From the NCBI GenBank assembly GCA_016930235.1, contig JAFGHI010000047.1, positions 8,534 to 72,533 of the forward strand: DNA of 64,000 nucleotides, read 5' to 3'. The stretch comes from Candidatus Omnitrophota bacterium (GTDB lineage Bacteria; Omnitrophota; Omnitrophia; Omnitrophales; Aquincolibacteriaceae). Position 1 is the first letter of the stretch. Each line of letters opens with the position of its first letter. Below are positions 62,240 through 64,000 of the stretch, piece after piece. The translations under genes were made by a program, and so were the position numbers. Under the pieces are notes generated by a model. It was given only the letters and a program-made list of their open reading frames with translations. It was not told the origin of the DNA and did not search any database.

Positions 62240-63118
62240 ATGCTAAAAAAGATGGGTAAACGCATCTTCGCAAACACAGTAGACTTAAATAATCTCGGCC
62301 GACATCTTAGGATAATTTCTCATCCAAGGAATCCATTTGAAAATTTGGATTCTCTTCTTTCAATACAACGCTACATTGAAAGCGAGCTCATCTCCTACGG
62401 TTATGAAATAGAACGCCATGAATTTTCGTTTGATGGAAATCTCTTTGAAAATATTGCCGGTTCGCGACGGAAAAATCGGCAAATGCCTTATCTTTTAATC
62501 GGCTCTCATTTTGATGCTGTCCCGCAAAGTCCCGGTGCCGACGATAATGCAAGCGCTGTGGCCGCATTCCTTGAAACCGCCAGAATACTATCTGAAAATG
62601 AATTGACAGAAAATATCGAATTCGTTGCATTCAATTTGGAAGAATATTCAATGATCGGCAGTAGTAGTTACGCTCGATACCTCAGGGAAAAAGAACAAAA
62701 ACTCCTTGGGATGATATCTCTTGAAATGATCGGCTATACGTCGTCGAAAAAAGGAAGCCAAAAATTACCTCTTGCTCTCCGTCCTTTTTATCCGGATGTG
62801 GGAGATTTTCTCGCCCTCGTTGGCGATGAGAATTCAAAAAATTTCCTTGCTAAAGCCGAAAAAGCTTTTAAAAAATCCGCTGGCCTTAAAGTTGAATGTT
62901 TGACAGTTCCCGTTAAGGGACGGCTTTTCCCCGAAACAAGATTGAGCGATCACTCCCCTTTTTGGGATGAAGGATTTCCAGCCCTTTTAGTCACAGATAC
63001 CTCCTTCTTCCGAAATCCGAACTACCACCGCCCCTCCGATACGATTGATACCCTTGACATGACTTTCCTGAGACGTGTCACAGAGGGCATTGTTCATCTT
63101 GCTATGGAATTTTCTTAA
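62240..63118 (+). CDS. M28-family zinc peptidase (aminopeptidase-like)
   Basis: 292 aa. M28 metal-ligand context GSHFDAV...GADDNASAVAAFLE...EEYSMIGS. Confidence 0.75.
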   Translation: MLKKMGKRIFANTVDLNNLGRHLRIISHPRNPFENLDSLLSIQRYIESELISYGYEIERHEFSFDGNLFENIAGSRRKNRQMPYLLIGSHFDAVPQSPGADDNASAVAAFLETARILSENELTENIEFVAFNLEEYSMIGSSSYARYLREKEQKLLGMISLEMIGYTSSKKGSQKLPLALRPFYPDVGDFLALVGDENSKNFLAKAEKAFKKSAGLKVECLTVPVKGRLFPETRLSDHSPFWDEGFPALLVTDTSFFRNPNYHRPSDTIDTLDMTFLRRVTEGIVHLAMEFS

Positions 63119-63135
63119 CCTCAGCCTTTTTCTAA

Positions 63136-63164
63136 TTGACAACTAAATACTCTTTCTCGATAAT
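63136..63164 (+). promoter_or_regulatory. Candidate sigma70 promoter for the atp operon: TTGACA, 17-bp spacer, GATAAT
   Basis: TTGACAactaaatactctttctcGATAAT lies about 50 nt upstream of the AtpZ-like start. Confidence 0.45.
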
Positions 63165-63215
63165 ACAGAATCAACATTTTTGTAACTGCTTGCTATATTT
63201 AAAGTTAAAATAGCA

Positions 63216-63476
63216 ATGCTCATCTGTAGGTTCCTGGTGCCAGATCAGAAGAAAGAAGAGACTGTTCGTCTCCTTTGGATGCTCGGATTGGCCATGACCA
63301 TCCCCATGATTCTAGTAAGTGGCCCAATTGCGGGTTATTTCATTAGCATCGTATTGATTGATCAACTAAAGTTGCCTCCGGCTCTTACCCCCATTTTGAT
63401 GAGCTTGGGCTTAGCGGGATCAGCTTACCAAGCTTATCGATTGATCCGGAAAATGAACACAACAAAACAAAGATAA
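63216..63476 (+). CDS. Small 2-TM protein preceding atpB, AtpZ/AtpI-like
   Basis: 86 aa with two hydrophobic helices, a GxxxG-like segment and a basic C-terminus. It sits immediately upstream of F0 subunit a. No clear SD. Confidence 0.4.
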   Translation: MLICRFLVPDQKKEETVRLLWMLGLAMTIPMILVSGPIAGYFISIVLIDQLKLPPALTPILMSLGLAGSAYQAYRLIRKMNTTKQR

Positions 63477-63497
63477 CGTTTCAATAGGAAGGAACAA

Positions 63498-64000
63498 GTG
63501 CTTCAGAACGCTGCTCAACAAATGACAGAGCATGCAGAAGAAACATCTCACGCAGCTCATGAACTCCCCAACTTCATAACACTCCTTTATCAAAAATTCC
63601 CAGAAAATCCCGCGATCCATTTTTTACATCAATGGGAAAATATTGTTTTTGCAGGCCTAGCAGCATGCCTGATTTGTCTTGTTTCATTTTTAGCCTTACG
63701 CCAAAAAACAAAAATTCCAAGCAGCATTCAGAATTTCGTTGAAATCCTAGTTTCAAGCATTGACGCCTTCGTCACCGGGATTCTCGGTGAACATGGCCGT
63801 CGGCATATTCCTTTTCTAGGTACTATTTTTTTCTATATCCTTCTCATGAATTTAAGCGGTCTTATCCCATTGATGAAATCCCCTACCTCAGCTTGGAGTA
63901 CAACCTTTGCTGTTGCTATGGTTACAATGATTTACATTCAAATTACTGGCATTCAGGAACAAGGCATTGCTAATTATCTGAAACACATGGCCGGAAGTCC
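63498..64000 (+). CDS. atpB: ATP synthase F0 subunit a, partial: N-terminal 167 aa; continues past the window end
   Basis: GTG at 63498 follows SD AGGAAGG. The open frame reaches the window end. Translation ...HAAHELPNFITLLYQKF...IPFLGTIFFYILLMNLSGLIPLMKSPTSAWSTTFAVAMV is typical of subunit a. Absent from the ORF track because there is no stop in the window. Confidence 0.7.
   Translation, partial: MLQNAAQQMTEHAEETSHAAHELPNFITLLYQKFPENPAIHFLHQWENIVFAGLAACLICLVSFLALRQKTKIPSSIQNFVEILVSSIDAFVTGILGEHGRRHIPFLGTIFFYILLMNLSGLIPLMKSPTSAWSTTFAVAMVTMIYIQITGIQEQGIANYLKHMAGS

Overview
The window is almost entirely one minus-strand run of core translation and transcription genes from a diderm bacterium. 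I cannot assign a lineage from sequence alone.

Reading in transcription order (high to low coordinates), after a secreted hypothetical protein the run is:
- tRNA-Gly, tRNA-Thr, tuf, tRNA-Trp, secE, nusG, rplKAJL and rpoBC.
- rpsL-rpsG-fusA follows rpoC directly (TAATG junction), then the S10, spc and alpha operons (rpsJ through rplQ). rpmD (L30) is absent at the rpsE/rplO junction and rpmG (L33) is absent between tuf and secE.
- An aspartate aminotransferase, a short Mfd, surA-pdxA-ksgA, a zinc-ribbon membrane protein, pfk and prmA.
- A small membrane protein, an aldo/keto reductase, gatCAB-tsaD, an MgtC-family protein, hisG and ispE.
- tRNA-Gln, clpX, two orphan sugar ABC permeases, glmU-prs-ctc(L25)-pth, rpsF-ssb-rpsR-rplI-dnaB and the 5' part of bamA.

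A plus-strand M28 peptidase and the start of an ATP synthase operon (AtpZ-like protein, atpB) close the window.

I found four tRNAs, near-consensus sigma70 promoters in front of tRNA-Gly and tRNA-Thr/tuf, a few intrinsic terminators and a tandem repeat inside rpsC. I saw no rRNA, CRISPR array or mobile element.

The items I think most worth a second look are:
- A 19-codon poly-Lys/Arg ORF at 18070-18129 with a strong SD and its own bidirectional terminator.
- A 32-aa basic ORF at 11893-11991 that resembles the tiny ribosomal protein bS22.
- A 637-aa minimal Mfd that lacks the UvrB-homology N-terminal module and the C-terminal D7 domain.
- Many lineage-specific ribosomal-protein extensions.

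One caution on coordinates. The ORF track treats GTG and TTG as start codons, and several of its long N-termini are artefacts. The starts I adjusted are pth, rpsD, rplN, clpX, the upstream permease, surA and the aminotransferase.
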